Assembly: GCA_043228905.1 (NCBI GenBank)
Contig: JBHGNT010000011.1
Coordinates: 6,324,001-6,388,000, forward strand
DNA from: Azolla caroliniana
Lineage: Eukaryota > Plantae > Polypodiophyta
Reading direction: 5' to 3'
Length of the DNA stretch: 64,000 bases
Shown: positions 44,719 through 59,491 of the stretch, one piece after another
Numbering within the stretch: position 1 is the stretch's first letter
How the letters are laid out: the number at the start of each line of letters is the position of its first letter
The notes under the pieces: generated by a model
Database searches by the model: none
Told to the model about the DNA's origin: nothing
Seen by the model: the letters and a program-made list of their open reading frames with translations, nothing else
Position numbers and translations under genes: made by a program

Positions 44719-47487
44719 ATGGACCCGCAAACGCTGTCGGAAGCCGCCAAGAAATGCCTAAAGCAACACGGGCTCGAGGGCTTCTTGACGATTATGGAGG
44801 TACCGCCACACAAAGAAGCCGACAAGGTGATCAAAGAAATCGACACAGAGGTCATAACGGTGGAGGCAATCCGTGCGTTAACAGGCCTTCCGGAGGGAGG
44901 CATACTCACGATTGACAATCCGACCTCAGAACAACTCATGAAGTATTTTGGTGACTACTCCCTAGCCAGCAAGGGCTACCGGACACAGGGTAGCGGAGAT
45001 ATGTTGTTCCGCGAGATTGCTCGTGTACTCCACGAATACGGCCATGTGTACCCTAGACCCCCTGTCATGCCGCAGAACCGGGCATGGATGATCATCGCCA
45101 CCTATGAAGGGATCAAGGTGGATTGGTCAGTATTGATCGCAGACGGTTTGTGTGCGGCGATCGACATCGTCAAATGAAAAGACGGCAAAGAAGGCCGAGA
45201 AGGACAGAGGATATGGCACGCAGTAACGCAGTGGCTCACCTTGCTTGTGCCACCCGTCCAGCCCGTCCAGCCCAAGAAGCGGGGAAGAGTGGCGGACGGC
45301 ACCCCAAAGACTGCTTCCAAAAGACAACAGTTGTTGGCCTCTAAGGCCACTAAGGGGAAGGCGGCGGACGCAGAACAGGCAGGAAAGGAGAGCGCCAGCC
45401 GGAAGTAGCCAACGGATGCGCAGGAGGAACCACCGGTACGGCCCGTAAAGGTTACACTCCGCCGACCGGTGAATAGAGAAGCGGACCCCTTGGCGGCAAA
45501 ACTCAATGTTGAGACTCAGGAAGAGGAAATAGAGGAGGAGCCTACGGAGCACCTCCAGCGACGGTCGTCGACAAGGACTGTTGAGGCAGCCGGGAAACGT
45601 TCGGACCCTCAGAAGGAGGGAACACCGGCTCCCCATACTGAGACTCCCACTCCAAGGGAGGAACCGGAATCGGTGCGCATGGCACCGGAATCAGAAGCCC
45701 CTGCACCACCACCAGCACCGGCAAGTCCCATTCCGCCAAAGCCGGAAAGGTCAATACAGACTCTCTCGGCCAACCAAGAAGAAGCGCAAGGGGAACCAGG
45801 ACAGCAGGGTGGTCCACGGGCAGAAACGGAATTGCAACTCGGCGCAATCAGGCGGGACCACCCATCTACAAGCGAGCCCATCCGTCAAACCTCCGTGCAA
45901 GCGCAACAACAATGCACCGGTAGCCTGTGGCTCCGGTGGATAGGCGAACGGATTGCCGGAGCAGTGGGGTATATTGAGGCGGAAGAAAGAGCGCACAGCG
46001 AACGGTTGCTCGTCACAACCGAACAACTAGAGACGGCCCGGTCCAGAATCCAGTGCCTTGAAAAAGACTTGGATCAGGTCACAGCAGAAATGGCCAAAAT
46101 GGCCTTAACGGCAACACAGATCCAATCACCGGTGACTCCGGTAAGTGTACAGAATAAAGAACCCGACCAACCTGTACATACTAATAAGACCCCGGCAACG
46201 GAAACCGTTCCAGAGAGAGATGCGGCGCAAGCCCAGGAGCTTGCGGAATTGAGAGATGAACTTGCCGCACAAGAAGCGCTAAGGATCCGGGAACGGGAAT
46301 TGAAGACAGCGGCCGAAGCAGAATTAAAGAAGACTGCTGAGAACCTCCGTCGGGCAGAGGAGAGCCTCCGGAAAGGCCATCAAGCATACGACCGGCTAAG
46401 CGAGGAAAAAGACAAAGTGCTACAGGAAAAGGACAAGCTGCGGAAGACGGCGGAAACGGAAATTGAACGACTAAAGGAGGAGCTCCGCCAGCAGAAGGAC
46501 CGCGAGGACCGGGCTTGTCGACAGATCAACGCACGGCTCAAGCAAAAGACAGATGATTTTGAGCACCTGCACCGGGACTACAAACGGCTGGAAACAGAGC
46601 ATAAGGAACGGGTAGCCGAGCTCCAGCAGGAAGTTGATCAGGCGGTGACGGCACTTGCCGACGAACGAGCGGAAAATACAAGACGGTTGGACGAGGCGGA
46701 GAAGGTCCGGATGGAGCTCCAGAGGCAACAGCAAGAAGAAAAGGAGAGAGCGTCAACAGTATTGCAAAAATTACAAAGCACATATCAAAGGCAATTGACG
46801 CATTACAAGGAGCAGGCGGAAGACAACGTCAAAATCATCAAGCAATTGAAGGAGGAACGACAAGCGGCGGAGATCAAATCGCAATTGGGAACGGGCCGGA
46901 TTCAATGCATCCTCCGAGCATGGTTGAATCAGACAAAACGCTTGATTGACGAAAGCTCCGTAAGATGGTGGACAAAGTGGGCACAAAATGCGGCGGAACT
47001 CCAATTGCTACGGGCAGACGTGGCAAACCGGCGGAAGGAAGGAGATGATTGTTACACGTTGACTTCTGAGGACTTCACCACCATACGGGATGAGCTGGCC
47101 GAAGACTTCCAAGTCCTGGCGGATGAACAGCTGGCGCAGGTCCGGCAACTCGTAGCTCAGCTAGACGATGATAGGCTGGACGCTCAAATCCAGTTTGAAA
47201 GCTACGAGCGGTCCCGAGTTCAGGAAGAAAAAGCACGGGAAGCGGCAACGGTTAACCTTAGTGATGAGGAACCGTCGCCGGCCGAGGGCCAGGACGGAAC
47301 CAGTCAACCGGAGACCACTACGACGGGAACGCCGGTGTCAGAGCAACAAACGGAGGAGCAGCCGCAACAGCCACCAAAGGACCAGTCACAGCAACCATCA
47401 ACGGAGCAGCAACAACAACAACCAATTCCAGATGAACCATTGGAGACTCTCGAACAAAGCATTATGGATATTTTGGACGAAGAATAG
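44719..47487 (+). pseudogene. Element D extra ORF downstream of integrase (Pro-rich plus long coiled coil)
   Basis: ORFs 44719-45177 and 45469-47487 are in the same frame, separated by two point stops. Confidence 0.8.
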
Positions 47488-48354
47488 CAAGGGTCGGATG
47501 GTGGATTCGACGTACAAGGTACTATCCCACGGGCGTGCCATGTGTTACCGGCCGGCAAAGGAGTCCAGAGTGTGAAACGGAGGAGTTAATTAATTATTAG
47601 GAATGGTTGTAAGTAATCTATTAGTGTGGACGGACGGACGGGGATCGGTATGTCGTTCCGGATCCGGACCGATCCCGAACAGGTGCGGATGGCACCGTTT
47701 TGTACTACAGACCGGAAACCTATTTAAAGGCCCGGATACAATGTAATGAACAACGGATAATTAATAAAGATTAGTGTTTTTATCTCTTTGTGTTAATTGC
47801 CGTTCTGCATTCATTGTTAGATCTTACGCGTGTGATTATTAAGGACAATCTTGCTAAGTAACCTAATTAAGTCGGATTAATTGTTGATCCTAATTCCCTT
47901 GCCGTAACACCCCTTTGGTGAAGTGTCTTCCGTAGACACCCTGTGTTAGGCCATTGTCCGGCCCTAAGAGTTAACAGTCAACTGAGGAAGATCAGTTGAA
48001 GAAGCCAACAACCAGATCGGTTAGGAGCCAACAGGCCTTTCAAGGCCTATATTCCTATTTTAGTAAATAGGAATACTATAGCAATTAGTGTCACTGGCTC
48101 ATTCATGAGCATTGAAGTACTTGTCAATACTTCTTTTAGTCTTTTTGAAGACTTGTATAAAAGATGCTTAGTGAGCACATTATTATATACAAAGTGTTCT
48201 TATTTTTTAATATAGTTTTGTTGTTTGCTCTCATTGTCTCTCCCTTTCTCTCCTTCTCTATGTATTTTCCATCTCTATGTTTTTCCTAACTATCTTCTGG
48301 TGTCTAGTTGTGTCTATTGTTAGCTTCCACATACGTAACTCTTTACATGAGTTC

Positions 48355-49596
48355 TATGCGAAATATCGCTCGGCCACAACCAAGACTCAAACACTTTGTG
48401 AGAGAGTTACTCCGATTTCGGTATCTTCCCCGATTTTGGTCATCTTCCGTAACCAAAGCCTTCGGGTCGGTTCCAAATTCCCAATCCTTCTAGCAAGCGT
48501 ATTCATCTAGCAAGCTTGATTTTACCCTTGTTAGGGACAACTTCTTTCCTTCCGGCCCAGTGTTGCCCGAAGTGACAACTAGCGTCTCCCAACTATCCGG
48601 GAGGGAACCGAGCAGGAGCAATGCAAGTACCTCATCGGCCATAGGTACTTCAAGTGAAGTTGTTTGATTTATGAGCCCCTGGAATGCATTCATGTGCTCC
48701 GCCATGTCGGATCCGTCCTGGTACCGGAGTCTCACTAACTTCCAGAATACGTAAACCTAATTTACGACGTTTTTGCTCTCCAACATGGTGTCGATTTTCT
48801 CTCATAGCATATGAGCCTTACTTTCTTCATTGAAGTTGTTGTACAGGCTCATGTCGATGAAGCATCGTATGTACATATGTCTTCGTCTTCATGTGCATCA
48901 CCTCCCATGTCGTGGCATCGATTTTGTCTAGTTTCTTGTCCCCGAACTGTATCGACAGCCAGAGATCTTTGACCACGAGCATATCCCTCATCTTCGACGT
49001 CCACACTGGGTAGTTGGATCCGGTGAGCTTGAACATGCTTCCGAATGACTCTTCCATTTTCTTGTTAGCTCTGATACTAGTTTGTGCGGAATATCGCTCG
49101 GCCACAACCGAGACTCAAACACTTTGTGAGAGAACAAAAACAGAAATGGAGGTTCGTACACTTACAAAGAAGAGACGTCACTGGATGTTTACGTGGAAAA
49201 CCCTAATAGGGAAAAAACCACGGGAGCCCACAGACTCCAACTATCACTATATAAGAAAGGAGGTACAATAGGAGACTCAGAGGCAACGACCTCGAGCTAT
49301 GTATCTTCGCCAACCGGTGGCTTCTCTTCTCTCTCTCTCTTCGTACGACTATGATACAACTAACAACAACAACAACCACACACAACTCCAACGTGATTGC
49401 CCTAAGTCATATTTATACTTATATGACTTTAAGACTATTTACAAATATAGCTTTACACGCACACCAGAAACATATTTGCAGATATATTCCTGGATCCGGT
49501 TCACACCGGATACCTTCCGGTCCAGTCCGGTTCCTTCATTCGGCTCGTCCGATTCGGCTCCTTCGGATCCCATCCGGAGGGACTGAATTCCCAACA
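48355..49596 (-). mobile_element. Internally deleted Ty1/copia element
   Basis: TSD AGTTC (48350-48354, 49597-49601). 5' LTR at 49083-49596. PBS TAGTATCAGAGC (Met-i variant, 49068-49079). Gag fragments FKLTGSNYPVW and LLLGSLPDSWE. Only ~48 bp of the 3' LTR remains (48355-48402). Confidence 0.9.
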
Positions 49597-49690
49597 AGTT
49601 CTTCATAGTATTTAGATAATGGGTATGTGTGTTTACACTTTTATTTGATTTACTTATCATGGTATTTTCTTACAAAATCAATAATTGTAG

Positions 49691-50971
49691 AAACTACCTC
49701 AATCAAAGAAAGTTGATGACAAAAATGAAGGCATTCCAAGTGTGTTTATTACACAATTGGAACGTGCCAAGTACGAAAAGAGAATTACAAAAGGAAAGGA
49801 GTTGGAAGTGCCAGAAGACTCGGATACCGTAAAAGGTTTTCTGCATAGAGTCGATCCTTTCAAACAATTGTATTATAGTGTATTTAATGGGGAAGTGGCT
49901 AATATGCTTGACATATTACCAAAGAGGCACTATAAATTGCTTATTGCCAACATACCGTATGGATTCTGAATCAAGGGATCCATGTACGATGATGTGCCTT
50001 ACAAGTAGCCCTAGATAGAAAAGATGGTAAAAGATTTTGCAGAGTTTACCCTTGCACCGTTATAGAGGATTGTAATATTTCATAGCATGGGTCAATCATT
50101 CTCAATCATTATAAATCACTATTGCTTTGAAGTCACTACGCAATAGAAGATATGCATTGGTAAGCTACAAGTTGTTGTTTTTTACAATATACTATTAAAA
50201 ATATTGTTTTAATATGTTGCAAAATCCATTTTTAACACTATTGTATGATGTCAATAGGATTAAAACAAATATCACACATAGCCCAGGCGATTGGATGGTT
50301 AGTGCGGTTGAACATCTTTGTGTCGGTTACTACAATGTAATTACGTAGAAGAAGGCTCGGGCACACGTGAATGAAAAAAAATGTTGTCAATTATATCATG
50401 TACCCAGCTGTGACGAAGAAACTATGCCATGTATCTGGCGATAAGAGTCTTGTGAACCCCTATCAAAAACCACAAAGATTAATCAATCGGCTAATTGAGC
50501 TCTTCTCAAACTTAGATGATTGGGTTTTAAATTTGTTCTTCAACACAGGTATATAATATAAGTTTAATCGCATTATTTTAGATTAACTTATAGACTATGT
50601 TCAGTTTTTTTTTTAAATGTGCAATTCCATTCTACTAGTAAGTACTACTATAGCATGTGCATTAAAGATGTTCCATAAATGTGTTGCATTGGAAGACCCT
50701 GAACTAGTGAACGTCATCAAAATGGGGATCCAAGGTATTTGGGATTGTCCCGATCAAGACCAAGAAGTTGGTGCAAAGAATATCAATGAAACAAAAATGT
50801 TCCATTAGATTTCAAGAGAACCAATGGACCCTAGCAAGGAACCTTGTGGACTTGGAAGATATATTAGAGTCTGAACATATCCACAATTCAGCTGAGGGTA
50901 TCCAAGATGCCAATGAGGACAATCTAGAACAATCAGCTAATCCTGACGAGCCCCCATACACTTACGTATAG
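49691..50971 (+). pseudogene. Spliced beta-class DNA amino-methyltransferase (N6-adenine/N4-cytosine) homolog
   Basis: FNGEVANMLDILP..YKLLIANIPYG (motif IV, 49946-49963), W|IK...VEH, NPYQKPQRLINRLIELFSNLDDWVLNLFFNTG (motifs X/I, 50455-50548) and TTIACALKM..CVALED. Intron at 50160-50257 and a second intron from 50549. Several stops. Confidence 0.8.
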
Positions 50972-52199
50972 ATTGAATGCATGTGGGTAAATGTATAGTT
51001 TGAACAATATTAATTGTTAATCTTTGACATTATTTATATCTTAAATGTAAAATTTGAGTTTAGTATAATTTACATGTATACATGTTGTCTATAGTCCATT
51101 CTAGTTTGGGGTATTCACATGAAATTAAACTTTATCATTTGTTCGTATGATTAGAAAGTTATTATAGTTCAGTTTCAATTCACATTGAAGGTGTCATGTG
51201 TCATGTGTTATTGGAAATTTTCTCAAGTTATTGTAGTTCAATTTCAATTCACATTGAAGGTGTCACGTGTCATGTGTCATGTGTTATTGGAATATTTCTC
51301 TCGACATAATAGTAACTCATAACTGCAACCTCCACAAATCCCTTATAGATGTATTATATATAAATATACACACAAAATTAACATTGTAACATTTATTCAG
51401 TGAGGTATGATTTTTATATTATGCACAATACGGATTAATAAAATTAAAGTTGCATTGAGTTTCATAACTTATCTAAGATTTGGATATAAAAACATAATAG
51501 ATAGAATATAAGAATATTGATTTTCTTGTCATAATATTATGTTGTTCAAAGTTCAAAAATCCACTATGTTTTAAGACACTATGATAATGTACAGATGAGT
51601 CATACATTTTTGAAACTTTGTTAAAATAAAGCATTTTTTAACATCTCACCAAGATGTGAAAAGGAGAATTTGACATATTACCTATTTCAAATCACTTGGT
51701 GTTGGAGGAGCTTCTCCTCATTTTCATTTATTCCCGACCTTTGAGTTCTACTCTCACCACTTGTAAATATCGAAGTTCTCTCTTGTCCTTCTACATAGTT
51801 TGAGAGTTGTCCTGACTTGTCTCGATCGAGTCTCGATTGGTCCTGACTCAGTCCCACACGTATCATCATATTCAACATTTAAATTGGTACGTACGGTGGG
51901 GTCGATCTCATAATTGTGGTAGTATTTAGATTCCTGGAAGGGTTCTATACTTTGTTGTAACTTGTAAGTTAGTCATGAATTTGTTGCCCTTAAACCTTAT
52001 AATGAATGTGTCATTCTAGTCTTGTGATGTCATCACAACATGTATAACAACTATATGTTGAAAGCCTAAAACAACGCTAATGAATTCTAAGTAAAGAACT
52101 TTATCAGTTTTCATATTGTGCGTCTCTCTTCCTTCCTTTCTGTTCTACAACCTTTTTTAGAGGAGTCGCCCATAGCTTTGTCCCCTCCAACAAAGAGCC

Positions 52200-53600
52200 T
52201 TCATTTTCACATCCTTCTTAACCTCTATGGAAGCCAACCATACCTTGAACTTTGAGGAACTTCATCGTCAATGGGTACATCGAAAATTCCTCTTTGTGTC
52301 AATTACAAAGTTTAAGAAACAAAAATTGTCATGTCATGGGCATCATCCTACACACATTAGACTGTAGAAATTCCAAGTTGCATTAGTATGACCTACACAT
52401 GTACCTTGTGAACGCCTTTCACTTTCTTTCTAATCATGCAATGGTCTCTAAATTCTGAGTTCATGTAAGATAAAGTTGGAGGGCACCCCTAGTATCTTCA
52501 TTTCAATCTTCAAGATGTAGCCTAAATGACCATGTCACACCATAATCTCTATTAACAAATCCATCACCATTGGCAAATGCTCACTAAGATATGTGCAATG
52601 GGTACAACACCAACATGCAATAAAAAGATCCTATTTAGGATTTTGAAAGTTTGTTCAATGAATACCATCCAATATTCAATATTCTAGACAAGTGACCGAC
52701 TACAAACTTTACAAACTTTTCGTCAATTCAAGCACGTGGCACACTTTGTCCCACTAGAACTACTCCCCATTGGGAAACTTTCACATATCCAATAACGCAC
52801 ATTGGTTTGACTTCCCAACAAGATGGTCTTATGAGCAAAATTGTTAGTTAACAACTCTCAATGTGGTGTACATGACATGACATGCTCAAATCCAACCACC
52901 ACACATGAGACATTTTCTCTATGAAGAGAGACTCCCTAAGTGTCGCAAAGAGGACCTTTGACTCCTTTAGCACCTTATTATTGGCTTTTGATCCAATTTT
53001 CTAAGGGCCGAATGTGCACTGAATATCAACTTTCAAAATGATCTCTTTGTGTGGCCTATTCACCTCCATATATGAGATGCATCTTGTGGTGTGCTCATAC
53101 TTAATATTGTGTGGCATGTCCCACAAACTTGGCAATTTGCACATGAGGATAGCGACTTGCATCTTTGCATCCACACTCACCTTTAGGCTCTTCATCTACT
53201 AAATGATGCATCCATGTGGATAGCGTGATCGAATTGGATCTATTTACATAAAATTCATACAAACCTTCACATCAAGTAAACATCTGATATAGTGTTCTTC
53301 CTCTTTCACACAATTTCTTCTGCATCTCCCTCCAGTTTTAGCAATCTACTACTTCTACCAAGGATACATTGTTCATGAGAGGAAGTCAAAACAGTTGGTC
53401 ATTAGCTCAAGTTCCTCGCAATCTTTATTTGTCATGTTAAGCAGGTTCTTCTCTGCAATAGTTTCCATGATCGCGTTTCAATAAAACCATCTTTAATTTG
53501 ATTCTTCTATAAGGCAAGATTCATGCCAGCAAATTTCAAAACCTCAAGACTCCACTTTCTAGATTCATGAACCAATATTGTGCAATGAGACACTCTTATG
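52200..53600 (-). mobile_element. Highly degraded copia-like gag/protease/integrase remnant
   Basis: Weak motifs only (IKLKMVL, QVAILMCKLPSLW, WLD..xxxHV). Boundaries are uncertain. Confidence 0.35.
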
Positions 53601-54917
53601 CATGCAACAACATTGTGATTGTCTTTGTGATTAGGCTATGAGATTTTCTTGTTCTTCAATGGCTGATTTATGTTCTATTTCTCATATGTGTCTCTTGTGT
53701 GTCTTTCAACGTTCTTCCTCTTTACCCTTTTGCCCACGGATCCATCGCTCTAATGCCACTTCTTGGCATCAAACAACTCAAGGTTTGACCTAATTCATTG
53801 AGATCTAAAGGATTTACTATTGTGACCATTAGAGAGAATGCAAACGATGACAAGATCATGATGATTGGGACAAAACTTAAAAGACACAATGAGATGGTAT
53901 ATAGATTCCTTAATTTCATCATATGCAAGAATTGCCTCAAAAACATCATTAAACCCAACAAGCTCATCCAACCCGGTTAATTTGAGGAAAAGTGCTCAGA
54001 AGTTTATTTATTCTTACACTGGTTAGAGATATAGAAGCCTTTCTTGTTGAGAAAAATGATATGAAATGTTTCTGTCAATTAACTACCAAACAAGCTCTAA
54101 CTGATTGTATAGTTCTATGGTTGGTTATTTCATGGCCTTCCCCTCTAGTATGTCTTGTTTACATCAAATAGGAATGTCCAGTCATATATATAAACAAGTC
54201 AATATACTTGGGAGGTTCTTCTTTCAAGAGTATTTCAAATTTGATGATGTGCTCTCTTGGAGTTCACACTAGGTCGGCCTAATTTATACAATGTATAAGC
54301 AAATCAATATGGTTAGGTGGTTCCTCTTTCGATAGAGAGATATCTTTTCAAACTCGATGATTTGGTTTCCTTGGGTTCAATCTCATGTATATTCTTTAGG
54401 GAAAAGCACACACAAGAGAAGAGTAAATTTCAAATTTTGAACACTCGAAGAGGGACGCTTATTGATAGAGCAAAGGCGATATTCCCTATGTGAACTTTGT
54501 GAAGTGTTACAAAGGATCAAAACAATTTACATATTCACTTATTATGAATTTGCCCATCAACAACGTACATTGAAAAAAAAATAGACAATACATAGATGCA
54601 TTCTTTTATTTTAAGAGCCCTGATCATCAATTTGAATCTCTTGATGCATATAGAGACTGCAAGCAAAGAAACAAAACTACAAAACAATAGAGAAAAGATG
54701 GTTGTGCGAGTGATCAGATCAAACCAGCAAACGATACATAAGTGAAGTGTGAAACAAGGAAAAAGCATTATGTATATGTATGTATAAATATATGTTTATT
54801 ATATAGTGGTGTCAAGACCATGGTGTTAGATCTTACCAAAGAAAGGGAAGTTCTCCAAATGTATTTAACCTCTCGAGAGCAAGGATCAAACCAACCTGGA
54901 CAGACAATTAAAAGCAT

Positions 54918-55022
54918 GGCACACTCCCTACGCAGGAATTATCCTGTTCAGGTGCAAAGGGACTCTCTCAGCATTGCTCTTTCTACAGTATAACTGCAGA
55001 TAGAACAAGCACCCCTGGTGCC
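54918..55022 (-). ncRNA. TPP riboswitch aptamer in the THIC 3' UTR
   Basis: The minus strand reads GGCACCAGGGGTGCTTG...GCTGAGAGAGTCCCTTTGCACCTGAACAGGATAATTCCTGCGTAGGGAGTGTGCC, matching the plant TPP consensus. Confidence 0.97.
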
Positions 55023-55391
55023 CGATAATCAGAAACGGGTTTTCTTTCATCTATTTTGGCAAACTCTTCGAAAATGAAAATAGATATATACGGATTGTTC
55101 ACACAAAACGAAGGGGGAAAAAAAAGATAGTTATATCTAATCTTAATTCATGAAGTAAGTAGCTAGCCTCCAGAGATTGTTAATGACATCAAACACTTGT
55201 CATGACCATCGGGCAAGAACAGGGGATGTCTGCATTTTTGCTTGATGTTATGGATGCAGACGCCTTTTTAACACCCTATAAAAGAGAAATCAGATTGTTT
55301 AGAGAAGATTTAGAATTCCTTAAAACAGAAATCAATTTGTTCAGAGAGAAAAAGGTTCTGTGAAAGAAGTATGCACCAGGTAATCTACATT

Positions 55392-56978
<1,587 letters not shown>

Positions 56979-57016
56979 TCAAAACATTATAAATAAACAG
57001 ACTCGAGAAACTATTA

Positions 57017-57217
<201 letters not shown>

Positions 57218-57345
57218 TTATGTACAAATACTCTTTTGTATATAGTTCGTAATGGACAGATATGTTAACATGAAAATCATGGTTTGGTAAAGGTTATGCA
57301 TAATGCATGATCATACATAAATTAACATTTATGGTTGAGAAGTTA

Positions 57346-57708
<363 letters not shown>

Positions 57709-59491
57709 TTAAAACAGAGACAGAAACCAGTTAGTTGAACAGAATAACAGTCAACAGACAATTGGGACTATATCTTGAAGGAAATACCATGACAATAAAG
57801 CATACATGATATGATTCATTGTAAGTAGAATAGATTGATCTATCCTTGTGTGCTACAGGAATGATTAGGTAACAGGGAATTCAAGAACTTTCCCTGATTT
57901 TCCTCTGCGGATTGTTTTATCTTAAGAAAACTACATAAATAAATGTTTTTTAATGGTAACTTGAAACGATTAACAAGCAGAGAATCAAGTTTTCCCCCTA
58001 GGCTGTTCCCAAATAAACAAGGATTGTCACTTTCAAAATTTTCTTCTCTGCAGACATAATTACTTCACTATTCCAAACGTGACGTACTTAGTCTGTGACT
58101 GTCTTTCACGAACGATTAATTCCTTTAACGAATAAATTTCCTAATGTAACGTGTCTAGAAGAATCAATCTCAATCATCCAACCCCAAACTCTCACACAAG
58201 TTTCTCTCTGTGATTGTTCTCAAACGGGATATAAAAGTTTATAGTTAATCCAACTACAAACTCTGATTCAAGTGTTTTCTTTCACGTGATTCTTCTGATC
58301 AAATGTGCTACAAACTTACGGTTAATCCCATCCAAATTCCCTCGTTCACGTTTTCCCTCTGTGATTGTTTTCAATCGTGATATACACTTAAGCAGTCAAT
58401 CTAACTAGAATTTTTAACAAGGTTTTGCCTCTTGTGATTGTTCTCGAGAGAAACGAAATATGTTAGGGATTTTTCACCCTGTGGTTTGGTAATCTCAAAC
58501 ACAAACTGAACAGCATTTGTTTGGATGCAAAATGAAATGGACGCAGCATCTGCATGCGAAATGGAACGATCAACCAGACCATTAACGTAACACACGAATT
58601 GAAAAAGAAGAACCGTTTCAAATGCTCAGGGAAAAGATCAACCTAGAAAGCAATTAATCCAACCCTTGAATAATCAGAGCTAGACAGTTAGCTTAGTTAC
58701 ACAAGTTTGGGAATGAAAAGTTTCGTCTAATAAGAAGCTCAAAGACATGATCCGACTAGAAGAAAATTGATCCGCGAGGTGAAATGATCATCAACCAGAA
58801 AGTTAAATCGGACAGGACATGCAGAAACGGAAACAATAATTTACTCAAAACACATTTATGAGCTACAATAATTAATCCAACCAAAACCTTATTCAATTCG
58901 CGTACTCACCTAGAAGGGAAGGAGCTGCCGATGAAACTGCGAGAGAGAGAGAGAGAGAGAGGACTACGTCTGTGGACCCGATGTAAATGAGTTCACGTAA
59001 GAATGGGGGAGGAAAAGAGAGACAGACTTTTATGCAGAAAGAAGAAGCTCTTGTGGCCCACCGAGAGAGAGAGAATAAATATCTGTTATCTTTTCCTTTC
59101 CATTGAAAGCAACAAAACATGCACAGAAGAAAGCAATAATTATGAGATTAAAGATAGACAGAGAGAGGGAAGGTGTCATGGAATCTTCATTGTATGTACC
59201 TGTAGATGATGTGATTCTTGTCTGTCTGTCAGGGAGAGATATAACTCAGAGCGGTGGGTCGGAGGTCATCAGTATAGTATGTATGTACATAAGTGCAGAG
59301 ATTGTAGAAAGACGGAAATCAAAGCGAGTGGGGAAAGAGAAGAGAGAGAAAGATAGAATCTGTGAATTATTGGAGGTACTTGATGATGAAGCTACAGTAT
59401 GTATGTGTGTGTGGTCATGGCAGGAAGAGAGAGAGAAAGATTCGCCATCGCCGATGATGGCTTCTGAGAGAGGGAAAGACAGACAAGACAG

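Larger units (their letters stand above)
38357..47976 (+). mobile_element. Element D: Athila/Tat-like Ty3/gypsy, degenerate, with an extra 3' ORF
   Basis: 434-bp LTRs at 38357-38790 and 47543-47976, with multiple substitutions. TSD GTCAA (38352-38356, 47977-47981). PBS TGGCGACCACG (38798-38808, tRNA-Arg-like). Confidence 0.95.
37931..48347 (+). mobile_element. Probable copia 3' region/LTR remnant that hosts element D
   Basis: Sequence is continuous across D's TSD. GAGCTTGAGGTTGAG|TGTTG at 38298 resembles a PPT/LTR start, and the remnant ends ...TTTACA at 48347. No TSD found. Confidence 0.4.

Noticed and set aside
51160-51302. Right terminus/TIR of the large DNA element
   Set aside because: A short direct duplication is present, but no matching inverted terminus or TSD could be found in the window.
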